Source: an uncultured delta proteobacterium
GTDB taxonomy: Bacteria > Desulfobacterota > Binatia > UBA9968
NCBI GenBank assembly: GCA_963745835.1
Contig: CAVUZH010000022.1
Coordinates: forward strand, 192,001-256,000
DNA length: 64,000 nucleotides
Direction of reading: 5' to 3'
Below, in pieces: positions 31,303 to 41,777 of this stretch (within the stretch, counting starts at the first letter, position 1; every line of letters begins with the position of its first letter). Under the pieces are notes generated by a model, which saw nothing but the letters and a program-made list of their open reading frames with translations, ran no database searches and was not told the origin of the DNA. The position numbers were made by a program, and so were the translations under genes.

Positions 31303-31958
31303 GTGTTTCCATTGAAACAATCGAGAATCGAGAAATCATTGCCGTCACATTTATGGACCCTGCTCTGCTGCATGCCTGCTCTTGATCGTTGCGCTGGTCA
31401 GCCGGCGCACGGCGTCGCGGCGCAGCAGGAGAGCGACTTTCGCCGGCCAGTTATTAGTGGCCACGCCGGAGATGAAAGATCCACGGTTTGTCCGAATCGG
31501 TTATTTACATCGTGAACATGATCATGAAGGCACAATGGGTCTTGTCATTAATCGGCCGTTGGCGCAGGCGCCTGTCGAAGAAGTGATTGCAGGTTCCGGC
31601 ATCCACGAAAAAGGCGGTACGAGAGAAATCACCATTCACTATGGCGGGCCTGTGAGCCCGCGCCAAGGTTTCGTGCTTGCATAGCGACGACTTCGTGCTT
31701 GAAAACTCGAAAAAAGTTAAAGATGGCATCGCAATGACTTCGGACGCGAGAATCGATTAGCGAGATATTTCATCGGCAAAGGGCCCGCGCCAGTTCTTAT
31801 TGATCGATCGGCTATGCCGGCTGGGCATCCGGCCAGCTAGAGGAAGAGCATCAGGATAAAGCCTGGTTTTTTATTCCCGCCGACAAGGAGATTATTTTCT
31901 CAAGCAAGCGGAGAAAAAGTGGCAACGCGCGATGGACAAGCGGCAAGTGCCGCTTTGA
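31303..31958 (+). pseudogene. YqgE/AlgH family protein, multiply frameshifted
   Basis: GQLLVATPEMKDPRF, GTMGLVINRP, HYGGPV, GYAGW..GQLE across frames. Confidence 0.75.
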
Positions 31959-32004
31959 ATTAACCCATTCAGTAGATTCGAAATTGCGTAGAACCGGAGA
32001 TGTC

Positions 32005-32427
32005 ATGAAACTTGACCTGACCAACGCATCAGTTATCGTCGATGCCGCGCTAGAGAATGCGCGGAAGTCCAAGATTAGACCGCTCTGCGTTGCGGTTCTC
32101 GACGACGGCGGCAACTTAAAAGCTCTCAAGCGTGATGACGGCGCCAGCATTTTGCGACCGCAGATCGCGATCAGCAAAGCCTGGGGCGCTATCGGCATGG
32201 GAGAATCGAGCCGTCACCTGGGCAATCGGCTGAAAGAGCTTCCGGCTTTTCTCAACGCGCTATCAGCGATGACTGGCGGCAAGGTCGTTCCGGTTGCGGG
32301 CGGCGTATTGATCATGGACGGTGAAGTGATTCTCGGCGCCGCCGGCGCCAGCGGCGCGACCGCCGATGAAGACGAGGCTTGTGTCATTACCGGCATTCAA
32401 GCAGCCGGCCTTCAATTCAAAGTTTGA
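32005..32427 (+). CDS. GlcG/HbpS family heme-binding protein
   Basis: VAVLDDGG, RDDGA, IAISKAW, GGVLI, GASGATADED. Confidence 0.88.
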   Translation: MKLDLTNASVIVDAALENARKSKIRPLCVAVLDDGGNLKALKRDDGASILRPQIAISKAWGAIGMGESSRHLGNRLKELPAFLNALSAMTGGKVVPVAGGVLIMDGEVILGAAGASGATADEDEACVITGIQAAGLQFKV

Positions 32428-32459
32428 GGCGCAGCTAATTTATTTTACAGGAGCACATA

Positions 32460-32810
32460 ATGAAGATCGTCAGGCTGTATACGGGTAACGATCAGAAGTC
32501 GCATTTCGAAGAAATCGAGCTCAACTTTGGCGGCAATCAACCGATGCTGACGACCGAATCTCGAGCCGCAACCAGCGCGATCTTTCGCTCCGCGCCCGCC
32601 GGGCTTTTTCTCGATCGCCACCCGGCGCCGCGGCGCCAATTCCTGGTGACACTATCCGGCTCATGGGAGATCGAAGCCAGCAATGGCGTCAAGCGGGTCT
32701 TCAAGACCGGTGATGTCATGCTCGCCGATGACACCACCGGCGAGGGGCATACGTCCCGCGTGCTCGGCTCCGAGCCGCATGTTTTTATGACTGTGCCACT
32801 GGCGGACTAA
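32460..32810 (+). CDS. Cupin-like hypothetical protein
   Basis: LYTGNDQKSHFE, HPAPRRQF, DDTTGEGH. Confidence 0.8.
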   Translation: MKIVRLYTGNDQKSHFEEIELNFGGNQPMLTTESRAATSAIFRSAPAGLFLDRHPAPRRQFLVTLSGSWEIEASNGVKRVFKTGDVMLADDTTGEGHTSRVLGSEPHVFMTVPLAD

Positions 32811-32934
32811 ACGGCGCACCAACTATAATCATTGACTGACGTTGAACGTTGAACAAGAAACTTGGGTCCAACGGTTCAACCGTTCGAGGTTCAACGTTAG
32901 ATCTCAATGGAGTAGAATTTCTTCGAGGTAAATC

Positions 32935-33867
32935 ATGATCCGAATCGCCGTACCTGATTTAGTATCGAACTCTTATTTCCCGGCCATTGCCGCTGTCGAG
33001 TTGGGCTTTTTCAAATCTGAAGGTCTCGATGCCAGCATCGATTTGTTGTTCCCGGTGCCGAAAACTTTCGCAGCATTGCGTGACGGGCAGCTCGATTTTG
33101 TCGTCGGCTCGGCGCATGCCACGCTACTGGCCTTTCCAGATTGGAACGGCGCGAAATTACTGGCCGCGATCGCCCAGCATACCTACTGGTTTCTGGTGAT
33201 TCGCAAGGATCTCAATCCGCGGCGCGGTGATTTGAGTATCGTCAAAGGGCTGCGCATCGGCGCCGCGCCGGGCGTCGACTTGAGTTTGCAACGAATGCTG
33301 GTTGAAGCCGGCATCGATCCAGCAAAAAACAATGTGCAAATCATGCCGATTCCGGGCGCCGCCGGACCCAACGTTTCTTTCGGCCTCTCGGCGGCAAAGG
33401 CCCTTGAAGACGGCAAGCTCGACGGATTCTGGGCCAACGGCATGGGATGCGAAGTCGCCTTACGGCGCGGTGTCGGAACGATGGTTATCGATGTGCGTCG
33501 CGGTGACGGCCCTCCTCCGGCGCGTCACTATACGTTTCCGGCATTGGTGACCACCGAAAAAAGAATCCAACAGGAACCCGAAACCGCGACCGCGGCGATC
33601 CGCGCCATCATCAAGGCGCACAAAGCGCTCAAACAAGACATCAGTTTGGCTACTGAGGTCGGCAAAAAACGCTTCCCTCCTGCGGAAGCCGAACTCATCG
33701 CCGAGTTGATCCGGCGCGATCTTCCCTACTACGATCCGGCCATCACGGAAGAAAAAATAGCCAGCATGAATCGCTTCGCTACCGACATCGGACTGCTGTC
33801 AGCTCCGGTGACTTACGACAAAGTGGTCGCGATCGAGTTCAGCCATCTGTGGAAAGAAGCGGTTTAA
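32935..33867 (+). CDS. NMT1/SsuA/THI5-type ABC substrate-binding protein
   Basis: AVELGFFKSEGLD, ALRDGQLDF, GLRIGAAP. Confidence 0.85.
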   Translation: MIRIAVPDLVSNSYFPAIAAVELGFFKSEGLDASIDLLFPVPKTFAALRDGQLDFVVGSAHATLLAFPDWNGAKLLAAIAQHTYWFLVIRKDLNPRRGDLSIVKGLRIGAAPGVDLSLQRMLVEAGIDPAKNNVQIMPIPGAAGPNVSFGLSAAKALEDGKLDGFWANGMGCEVALRRGVGTMVIDVRRGDGPPPARHYTFPALVTTEKRIQQEPETATAAIRAIIKAHKALKQDISLATEVGKKRFPPAEAELIAELIRRDLPYYDPAITEEKIASMNRFATDIGLLSAPVTYDKVVAIEFSHLWKEAV

Positions 33868-34181
33868 TCAGGCAAGTGCCACATCGATACTACAGCCAGC
33901 GCACCAATCCCCCGAGATGCGTTTCTCACTGAACCCAGGGTACGGCTTTCTGATCGGACGAATTCCTTCAGCTCGATGTTCAGCTTTCATCCTCTGATGC
34001 CGCCGCCATGATACTCGACCGAGCTTTTCTATTTATTACGAAGCACGCTAACGACACGGAATTCGGATAAACGAGTCACGAAGGCAAGCGGATTAAACAT
34101 ATTTTGTCTTCCTTCATCCGGTTCGTGGCGAGATCGTCCGCATACACAAAAAGCCCTATGTATTCGCCAATCTATGCGACG

Positions 34182-34209
34182 GGAACTTTTTCCTAAACCG
34201 ACCGTCTAA
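34182..34209 (+). promoter_or_regulatory. SigmaE-type ECF promoter
   Basis: GGAACTT-N16-TCTAA directly upstream of the ECF sigma gene. Confidence 0.75.
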
Positions 34210-34223
34210 TAAACAACAGGTCC

Positions 34224-34802
34224 ATGCTCGCTGAGGAAATAGGTGACGCGGAATGCGTCAAGCGCGTTCAACGGGGCGACACTCAATCCTTCGAGATTTT
34301 GGTGCGGCGACACCAAAACACGACTTTCAACCTGATTTATCGGTTTTTAGGAGACTATGATGAAGCGACCGAGACGGCCCAAGAAGTATTCCTCTCGGCG
34401 TACAAATCGATTCAGCAGTTTCGCGGCGACGCCAACTTTGCCACTTGGCTCTATCGGATCGCTTTTAACCATGCCAGCAGCCGCCGCAAAAGCTTGAACA
34501 GCAAACTACAGCGACAGGTTGCGCTGGGGGACGACCTGGTGCTGGTCGACTGCGGCGCAGATCCTGAGACCAGTGCGGAACGGAAGGAAATCCAGCAATG
34601 CGTGCAACAAGCGCTGAACAGTCTGGATGGTGACGACGCGCAAATCATTCTGCTCCGGGATCTACAAGACGTTTCCTATGAGGACATCGCCGAGACGCTT
34701 GATGTTCCCGTCGGCACTGTAAAATCGCGACTGCACCGCGCGCGACAAGCGTTGAGAACCAGACTTGCGCCCTACTTTACTCGCGATCGGAAAGTATCAT
34801 GA
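34224..34802 (+). CDS. ECF RNA polymerase sigma factor (RpoE-like)
   Basis: AQEVFLSAYKSI..FRGDANFATWLYRIAFN; SYEDIAETLDVPVGTVKSRLHRAR. Confidence 0.95.
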   Translation: MLAEEIGDAECVKRVQRGDTQSFEILVRRHQNTTFNLIYRFLGDYDEATETAQEVFLSAYKSIQQFRGDANFATWLYRIAFNHASSRRKSLNSKLQRQVALGDDLVLVDCGADPETSAERKEIQQCVQQALNSLDGDDAQIILLRDLQDVSYEDIAETLDVPVGTVKSRLHRARQALRTRLAPYFTRDRKVS

Positions 34803-36022
34803 ACTGCGTAGAGGCACAGAAACACTTTGCGGATTTGTTGGATCACAGCCGCGATGAACGGCTGCGCAAAGTAAACGATCATCTTGCCGCCTGTGCTCGG
34901 TGCAGGCAAGAGTTGGCCGCAGTTGCTGCATGCCAACAACTCGTTTCGGCTTTGCCGCCGGTCGAGCCGCCGGCAGGCTTCACAACCCGGGTCATGGCAG
35001 AAGTTCGTGACACGGCCCATCGGCCCAACCTATGGCAGCGTTTATTTTCAACACTGCAAGTTAAGCTTCCGCTGCAGGCCACGGCTGTGGTTCTGATCGG
35101 TGTCCTGGCGGTTTTCATTTATCACAAAGAGTCCGGCCAGCGGCAATCGACAAATACCGATCCGCCTACGAGTAGTCTTCAAAAACAGGCGGAAGCAGAC
35201 AAATTGCCGCCGACCGTCGGCCGAGCGCGTGCGCTTAAACCCGATGCGGAAAACCCGGAGGAGGCAGGAGCGCAGAAGCAGAAGGTGAAACGTTTACCGC
35301 GAACAGAACAGCCTCGATCGCCTGCCGAACCAGCAGAACGGAGCATCAGTGGCGGCATCCAGCCTGGCGCTCCGGCGGCTGGTCTTGCCGATGGGCCGGG
35401 CCGCTCTCCCGCTCCTCCCAAGTTAGAAAAACAATCTTCAGCAGCAGGCAATGCTGCATCCTCTCGCCGAGAACAGCTTTCGCCTTCCGACGCGCATGCG
35501 CCACCGTCGGCGACAGCAGTTCCGCAGCTCGACAAGGATACCGACTATAAGGACACTGCCGCCGCCGGAGAGCCCTCATCGTCTGCCGCGCCGGCGGAGA
35601 AGCGAGCTTCCAGTTCCTTAGATGCTCTTAAATCCGGCAGAACCGTGTTAGCGTTCCCGGCCGGCCATGAATTGACGCTCCGTCTGAAAGGGCCGGCCCG
35701 GGGTGACGAAACCGCAGCAGCGCCATTGGAATTGGAACGTCCTCAGACACAGCCGCGACCTTCGCCGGTAGAGGGAGAATTCAAAGAACTCGATCAGGCG
35801 CAGCAGCGCGCCATCGCAACCGATCAGCCACAAACTATCTGGGTTACTATCCGGGCCAGCCAATATGAGGGATTCAAGAAAGAACTTGCAGGTTTGGGTA
35901 ATATCGAGAGCGAATTGCCGGCGCCGGCTCACAATAACGAGGTAAAGCCGGCGGATCAACTTCGCATCAAGCTGACAATTCTCCCGCCGAACTATTCAGC
36001 GCAGCCTCCTTCAACCCGCTAG
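34799..36022 (+). CDS. Zinc-binding (zf-HC2) anti-sigma factor with TM and long Pro/Ala-rich periplasmic part
   Basis: HLAACARC motif, one TM, ATGA overlap with sigma gene. Confidence 0.85.
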   Translation: MNCVEAQKHFADLLDHSRDERLRKVNDHLAACARCRQELAAVAACQQLVSALPPVEPPAGFTTRVMAEVRDTAHRPNLWQRLFSTLQVKLPLQATAVVLIGVLAVFIYHKESGQRQSTNTDPPTSSLQKQAEADKLPPTVGRARALKPDAENPEEAGAQKQKVKRLPRTEQPRSPAEPAERSISGGIQPGAPAAGLADGPGRSPAPPKLEKQSSAAGNAASSRREQLSPSDAHAPPSATAVPQLDKDTDYKDTAAAGEPSSSAAPAEKRASSSLDALKSGRTVLAFPAGHELTLRLKGPARGDETAAAPLELERPQTQPRPSPVEGEFKELDQAQQRAIATDQPQTIWVTIRASQYEGFKKELAGLGNIESELPAPAHNNEVKPADQLRIKLTILPPNYSAQPPSTR

Positions 36023-36056
36023 AAATCTCCCGCAGTTTGCTGCGAAAGTTTGATTA

Positions 36057-36180
36057 CAGGCTGCTCAAAAAGACTCAAAGGCAAGGCGCGCGAAGTTCGA
36101 TGAGCTGAGGCGTACGCTTCAGTACGTTGAAGCGAGTCGGGCGAGCACAACGAAGCATATGAGGCTTTTTCAGCAGCCTG
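36057..36180. mobile_element. MITE-like palindromic repeat, copy 4
   Basis: CAGGCTGCTCAAAAA...TTTTTCAGCAGCCTG. Confidence 0.8.
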
Positions 36181-36255
36181 CTCGGAACATTTTCTTCCGT
36201 GCGAAGTCTAATCGAAGAAATTGCAACTCGGAAAACACCGCCTCAGGAGGAAACA

Positions 36256-37707
36256 ATGAGATTACGCCGCAGAAGCGCTTTAGAGTTTTTGGCGCTCGCT
36301 TTGATTATGATTCTTGCGCCGGGAGCGGAGTGGCGCACATTTGCCTATGCAGCCGATCCTGCCGGCGCTGCGGTCGCGACCAGCCTCGCCGATCAGGAAG
36401 CACTTTCGATTACCATCTACAATAGCAATCTCGGTTTGGTAAAAGACACCAGACGTCTAACCTTGCCAAGCGGCGTCACGCAGCTAAAGTTCGGTGAAGT
36501 AGCGGCGAAAATCATGCCGCAGACCGTGCATATCAAGTCGCTGAGCGATCCCAGGCAATTGCAGATTCTCGAACAGAACTACGAGTATGATCTGCTGACT
36601 CCGCAGAAGCTGCTCGAGAAATTCGTCGGCAAAGAGATCACGATTCTCAAAGACAACGTGGAAGTTCCCATCACGATTCTCAGCGTGAATCAGGGTATCG
36701 TTTACAAATTGGGCGGACGCATTTTTACGGGGCAGCCGCACAATCTGATCTTCCCCAACATTCCCAACAACCTCATCTCTCATCCAACCCTGGTTTGGTT
36801 ATTGGAAAACCGCGGGACAGCGCCGCATGAGCTGGAGGCAACCTATCTCACTCAAGGCATCAGTTGGCGGGCCGATTACGTCGCCGTTCTCGACAGTAAG
36901 GATAAGCTCCTGGACCTTTCCGGTTGGGTGACTTTGGACAATCAAAGCGGCGCGAACTATCAAAACGCCCGCCTCAAACTCGTCGCCGGCGACGTCAATC
37001 GGGTCATCGAACGGCGCGGCGCTGCAGACGCCGTACGAGCATTGTCGGAACTATCGGCAAAGCCCGCCGTCGCTCCGTTTAGCGAGGAGTCGTTCTTTGA
37101 ATATCACCTTTATAGCCTGCAGAGAGCCACGACCATCAAGGAGAACCAGACAAAACAGGTGAGCCTCTTATCAGCGGATCGCGTACCAATCACCAAACAG
37201 TATGTGTATCGCGGCTCACAGCAATATTTTCGGTCCAGATTTGGCACGCCGGTCTCGGACCAAAAGATTGGGGTTTATGTCGATATCGGCAACAAGAAAG
37301 AAAACAATTTAGGCATGCCCCTGCCCAGAGGGATCGTGCGGGTTTACAAAGCCGACAGCGATGGCAGCCTGCAATTCATCGGCGAAGACCGCATCGATCA
37401 CACGCCAAAGGACGAAACGATCAAGATCAAGATGGGCGACGCCTTCGACGTCGTCGGCCAGCGCAAGCAGACCGACTGGCGCAAGCTCGCCGACAATCTT
37501 TATGAAGCCGCATTCGAGATCAGCGTGCGTAATCACAAGGAGGAAGCCGTTACCGTGAACGTCATCGAACCGATGCTGGCGGATTGGGAAATTCTGAGCA
37601 ACTCTCATGCTCACAAAAAAACTGACGCTCACACGGCTCAGTTCGATCTGCCCGTGGCGAAAAACGGTGAGACCAAACTGCAGTATCGAGTCCGATATAA
37701 GTTTTAG
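36256..37707 (+). CDS. DUF4139 domain secreted protein
   Basis: LSITIYNSNLGLVKD, LEQNYEYDL, YLTQGISWRADY, FEYHLY, GEDRIDHTP; RBS AGGAGG. Confidence 0.88.
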   Translation: MRLRRRSALEFLALALIMILAPGAEWRTFAYAADPAGAAVATSLADQEALSITIYNSNLGLVKDTRRLTLPSGVTQLKFGEVAAKIMPQTVHIKSLSDPRQLQILEQNYEYDLLTPQKLLEKFVGKEITILKDNVEVPITILSVNQGIVYKLGGRIFTGQPHNLIFPNIPNNLISHPTLVWLLENRGTAPHELEATYLTQGISWRADYVAVLDSKDKLLDLSGWVTLDNQSGANYQNARLKLVAGDVNRVIERRGAADAVRALSELSAKPAVAPFSEESFFEYHLYSLQRATTIKENQTKQVSLLSADRVPITKQYVYRGSQQYFRSRFGTPVSDQKIGVYVDIGNKKENNLGMPLPRGIVRVYKADSDGSLQFIGEDRIDHTPKDETIKIKMGDAFDVVGQRKQTDWRKLADNLYEAAFEISVRNHKEEAVTVNVIEPMLADWEILSNSHAHKKTDAHTAQFDLPVAKNGETKLQYRVRYKF

Positions 37708-37827
37708 CAGGCTACTGAAAATGCTCCATCTACTTCCTGCTACTTTGTCCGCTCGCTCAACGTACTCACAACGACGAGCGTACGTTCTTCGCCCGCGTTT
37801 GTATCGCCATTTTTTTGAGCAGCCTGC
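37707..37827. mobile_element. MITE-like palindromic repeat, copy 5 (degenerate)
   Basis: GCAGGCTACTGAAAA...TTTTTGAGCAGCCTGC. Confidence 0.7.
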
Positions 37828-37932
37828 AGGAAGAGGGTTTTCAGCAGAGTGTCAGTGTGCTGTCTGAGTTCGCTACTTAGTAAGCCTTCTGCCGGCAAGC
37901 TGGTGATAGATAACAGGAGCCGGAATCCCCTT

Positions 37933-37960
37933 GTAGTGGGCCGGTTTGAACCGGCCTTAC
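37933..37960. repeat. GTAG-type REP-like palindrome
   Basis: GTAG-TG-GGCCGGTT-TG-AACCGGCC-TTAC. Confidence 0.55.
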
Positions 37961-38559
37961 GGATGCGTCCTTTCCGAGCGCATCACGGCGCGAAGCACAT
38001 CACCGACCCGACGGCTGAAGAATTGTGATTGACAGTTGTTCTAGGACGGTGCGATAAGGCGATAGCGACACGATTGGCCTGACGCTCCTCGGGCCGGCAA
38101 GATTCTAGACATACTCAGGTCCGATCGGTTCTATACATTTTCACCGTCATCTCCAAAATGCCGGGTCCTCTGAGCGGTGCTTGCGATGCACCCCTCCCCT
38201 AGGTGACAAAAGAAAGCGAATCAAATTTGCTCTCCTCAGTAGTCAAAAAGATACATCGAGTCTGCCTCTCGACATACGAACATTGCGCGAACCATGAGAT
38301 TTCTCCGGCAGTTCAGATGCCGACCGTCTTTAATGACGGTCGTGAGCGCTGGCCTCGCGATTGCTGAAGGAATCTCTAGGTTAAGTATTCCGTATGTGAT
38401 TCGCTCAACACCAAACCGTCAACAAATTCATTGTGAGGTGACTTATTAGCGGCCGACAAGCTTGATCGAGGTGCTCTCGCAGGCCGCAACTAACAAGAAG
38501 CAAAACATTCCGGCTGACGCTGTTCAGGCTGCAACTCTTAACTCTCCCATTTCCATTTG

Positions 38560-38592
38560 GGCCCGATTGGTTTCTAACCGGTCGGGCCTTTT
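38560..38592 (+). terminator. Intrinsic terminator-like hairpin upstream of the binding-protein array
   Basis: GGCCCGATTGGTT-TCT-AACCGGTCGGGCC followed by TTTT. Confidence 0.65.
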
Positions 38593-38667
38593 AATTGAGC
38601 TCTATTGGACGTCTGTTGAGACGAGCAGAAAAACAAATTTAATGATCGGCTGAATCAGGCGCACAAG

Positions 38668-39660
38668 ATGATCACGAAAATAATCAGTCGCCAGTGGTCA
38701 GCAGTCAGTTTTGCTGTTGGCGTTTTGCTGTTTCCGCTTTGCGTATCCGCTCAAAGCCAGCAAACAACGAAGCTCTACCGTATAGGATATCTAACTGGTG
38801 GCTCCCTTTCTTTTGAGGGGGCGCTCGGCCAGGGGCTGCGCGATCTTGGATACGTCGAAGGAAAAAACATCATCATTGAGCGACGCTCTGCAGACGGAAA
38901 GCTCGATCGACTAGCTACTCTCGCGGAGGAGTTAGTGCGTCTGAAGGTAGACGTCATCGTCACAGCTGGCTTGGGGACAACCGGTCCCGCACATGCAGCA
39001 ACGAAGACGATTCCTATTGTCATGACGCAGGATCAGGACCCGGTTAGTAACGGGTTTGTCGCTAGTTTGGCGCGGCCAGGCGGAAACATCACGGGGTTGT
39101 CCACTCTTGCCCCCGAGATAAGCGGAAAACGACTTGAGCTTCTGAAAGAAGTCCTCCCTAAGCTCTCGCGGGTTACCGTCCTGGGGACATCAACGAGCCC
39201 GAGCACGGCACAAGCTTTAAAGGAAACCGAACTCGCCGCAGCCGCATTTGCAGTCAATCTTCACTACCTCGATGTACGGACTTCGAAGGATGTCGGAATG
39301 GCCTTTGGAGCCGCAGCGAAAGAGCGTGCTGACGCAGTCCTAGTACTTGGGGGTCCAGTGCTCGCTTCTCAGCGATCACAGTTTCCCGATCTCGCAGTAA
39401 ACAGCCGGCTCCCGGCAATATACTGGAGGTCGGATATTGTGGAAGACGGCGGACTTATGAGCTACGGCGTGAACTTGCCCGACTTAAACCGCCGCGCCGC
39501 GACGTATGTTCACAAGATTCTCACAGGGGCGAAGCCAGGCGATTTGCCCGTGGAGCGGCCGAATAAATTCGAGCTAGTCATCAATCTGAAAGCGGCGAAG
39601 CAGATTGGTCTGGCGATTCCGCCCAACGTGCTGGCGCGAGCGGACAGGGTGATCCGGTGA
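38668..39660 (+). CDS. ABC_sub_bind (PF04392-like) substrate-binding protein, array copy 1
   Basis: Signal peptide, [45 protein letters not shown]. Confidence 0.9.
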   Translation: MITKIISRQWSAVSFAVGVLLFPLCVSAQSQQTTKLYRIGYLTGGSLSFEGALGQGLRDLGYVEGKNIIIERRSADGKLDRLATLAEELVRLKVDVIVTAGLGTTGPAHAATKTIPIVMTQDQDPVSNGFVASLARPGGNITGLSTLAPEISGKRLELLKEVLPKLSRVTVLGTSTSPSTAQALKETELAAAAFAVNLHYLDVRTSKDVGMAFGAAAKERADAVLVLGGPVLASQRSQFPDLAVNSRLPAIYWRSDIVEDGGLMSYGVNLPDLNRRAATYVHKILTGAKPGDLPVERPNKFELVINLKAAKQIGLAIPPNVLARADRVIR

Positions 39661-39718
39661 CAGCGGTCAGAGATCAGAAGTCAGACAACAGAGATCGGAA
39701 AACCCAGGACGAACAGCA

Positions 39719-40711
39719 ATGACTGAAAAAATCATTCTTCTTGCTCTATGCTCCCTTCTCCTTGCTCCATGCGCTGCCGTCGATGCGCAGCGGCCGACGA
39801 AAGTCCCGCGGATAGGGTACCTATCGAATAGCGATCCAGCTCAGGAGTCCGCCCGTTCCGAGGCCATTCGGCTGGCTCTGCGCGAGGTTGGCTACATAGA
39901 AGGACAGAACATCGCCACTGAATACCGATATGCGGAGGGAAAACCCGATCGATATCCTGAGCTTGCGGCCGAGCTGGTGGCCCTCAAGGTTGATATCATC
40001 GTGGTACCCGGAGGGGACATACAGATCAGGGCGGCCAAGGATGTGACCAAAACGATTCCCATTGTTATGGTGGGGCAAGGGCTCGATCCTGTTGAGGCAG
40101 GCCTCGTTGAAAGCCTCGCCCGTCCCGGCGGCAACGTTACCGGTGTTACAAACCTTGGCACAGATCTAGGCGGGAAGCGCCTGGAGTTGCTCAAAGAAGC
40201 CGTTCCCAAACTTTCCCGCGTCGCGGCTATTTACGCTCGCACCATTCCCCGCAGTGTACTCGAAGCGAGAGAGGTTCTCCCAGTCGCAGCGCGTGCGCTG
40301 TGGTTGACTGTTCGGTCTTGGGAAGTACGAGCTGTGGACGATTTCGACAGGGTATTCGCTGAGATCAGTAAGTGGCGTCCCGACGGACTCTACGTGCTTG
40401 GCGGCGGCGCGCTAATGCGTGCTAACGAAAAAAGGATGATCGGCTTTGCATTAAAGAGCCGGTTACCGTCTGTGTACACGACGCCAGCCGTAAATGCCGG
40501 TGGACTCATGTACTACGGGGCGGACTTCGCGGACAGCTACCGGCGCGTAGCCACCTACGTGGATAGAATCATCAAGGGCGCAAAGCCCGCGGATCTTCCC
40601 ATCGAGCAGCCGACGAAGTTTGAGTTGGTGATCAATCTGAACACGGCAAAGCAGATCGGCCTGACAATTCCGCCGAACGTGCTGGCGCGAGCGGACAAGG
40701 TGATCCGGTGA
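39719..40711 (+). CDS. ABC_sub_bind substrate-binding protein, copy 2
   Basis: Same conserved blocks. Confidence 0.9.
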   Translation: MTEKIILLALCSLLLAPCAAVDAQRPTKVPRIGYLSNSDPAQESARSEAIRLALREVGYIEGQNIATEYRYAEGKPDRYPELAAELVALKVDIIVVPGGDIQIRAAKDVTKTIPIVMVGQGLDPVEAGLVESLARPGGNVTGVTNLGTDLGGKRLELLKEAVPKLSRVAAIYARTIPRSVLEAREVLPVAARALWLTVRSWEVRAVDDFDRVFAEISKWRPDGLYVLGGGALMRANEKRMIGFALKSRLPSVYTTPAVNAGGLMYYGADFADSYRRVATYVDRIIKGAKPADLPIEQPTKFELVINLNTAKQIGLTIPPNVLARADKVIR

Positions 40712-41739
40712 AGCGATTTTGGATTTGTCAGATTTTGGATTTTGGATTGGACGACTCCAGGAGTCAGAAAATTTTCGTCTTACTCTTGCGCGCATTGCTC
40801 TTTGCGCTTTGCTCGTCCGCCGAGGCGCAGCAGCAGGCAAAGATACCTAAGATTGGCTGGCTCGGAGTCCGTCCCGCTGCGTCAGACCCGGGCGCGAGTT
40901 ATTCGGTCGAGAGTTCCGTGAACTCGGCTATGTTGAAGGCAAGAACATAATATTCGAGTATCGATCCGCTGACGATAAGCTCGAACGGCTCCCCGCCCTG
41001 GCTGATGAATTGGTCCGTCTCAAAGTTGACGTGCTCCTCGCGTCCGTGGACGCCTGCTGCCGCTAGCCGCCAAGAACGCTACCACGTACGATCCCCATCG
41101 TTTTTTAACGGCGGCTGATCCTGTTGCGCTGGGCTGGTTGATAGCCTGGCGCGGCCTGGGGGGAACATCACAGGGTTCACCAGCATTGCGCCGGTGTTAG
41201 CTGGCAAACGACTTGAGTTACTCAAGGAAACCATTCCCAAACTCTCCCGCGTTGCGGTGCTGTGGGATCCGCAGAATCCAGGCTCTGCGCAACAATGGAA
41301 AGAAAGCCAACTGCCGGCACGAGAACTGGGTTTGCAACTTCATTCCATGGAGGTAAGCAGCGCCGACGAATTCGAGAGCGCGTTCAAAGAGGCGATTAAG
41401 GCGCGTAGCGCCGCTCTCGCCGTGATGGCGAGCCCGTTTGTCTATTCTAATCAAAAACAGATCATGGACCTGGCGACAAAAATCGATTGCCGGCGATATA
41501 CCCTCGGGAAGATTTTGTCGACAGCGGCGGCTTGATGTCCTACGGAGCCGACCGGAGCCGAATCCTTCAGGCGCGCCGCGTTGATGGTCGACAAGATTTT
41601 GAAAGGTGCCAAGCCCGCCGATCTTCCCGTGGAGCAGCCGACGAAGTTCGAGTTCGTCATCAATCTGAAAGCGGCGAAGCAGATCGGTCTGACGATTCCG
41701 CCGAACGTGCTGGCGCGGGCGGATAGGGTGATCAAGTGA
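40708..41739 (+). pseudogene. ABC_sub_bind protein, copy 3, frameshifted
   Basis: Family blocks spread over ORFs 40708, 41194, 41487 and other frames. Confidence 0.8.
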
Positions 41740-41777
41740 AGCTTAGGGTCACGATTTCAGACAAGGAAGCCAGACAA

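Noticed and set aside
38462-38653. 63-aa ORF or tmRNA tag-like sequence
   Set aside because: No tRNA-like ends, no proper tag ending, no clear RBS; it runs through the terminator hairpin
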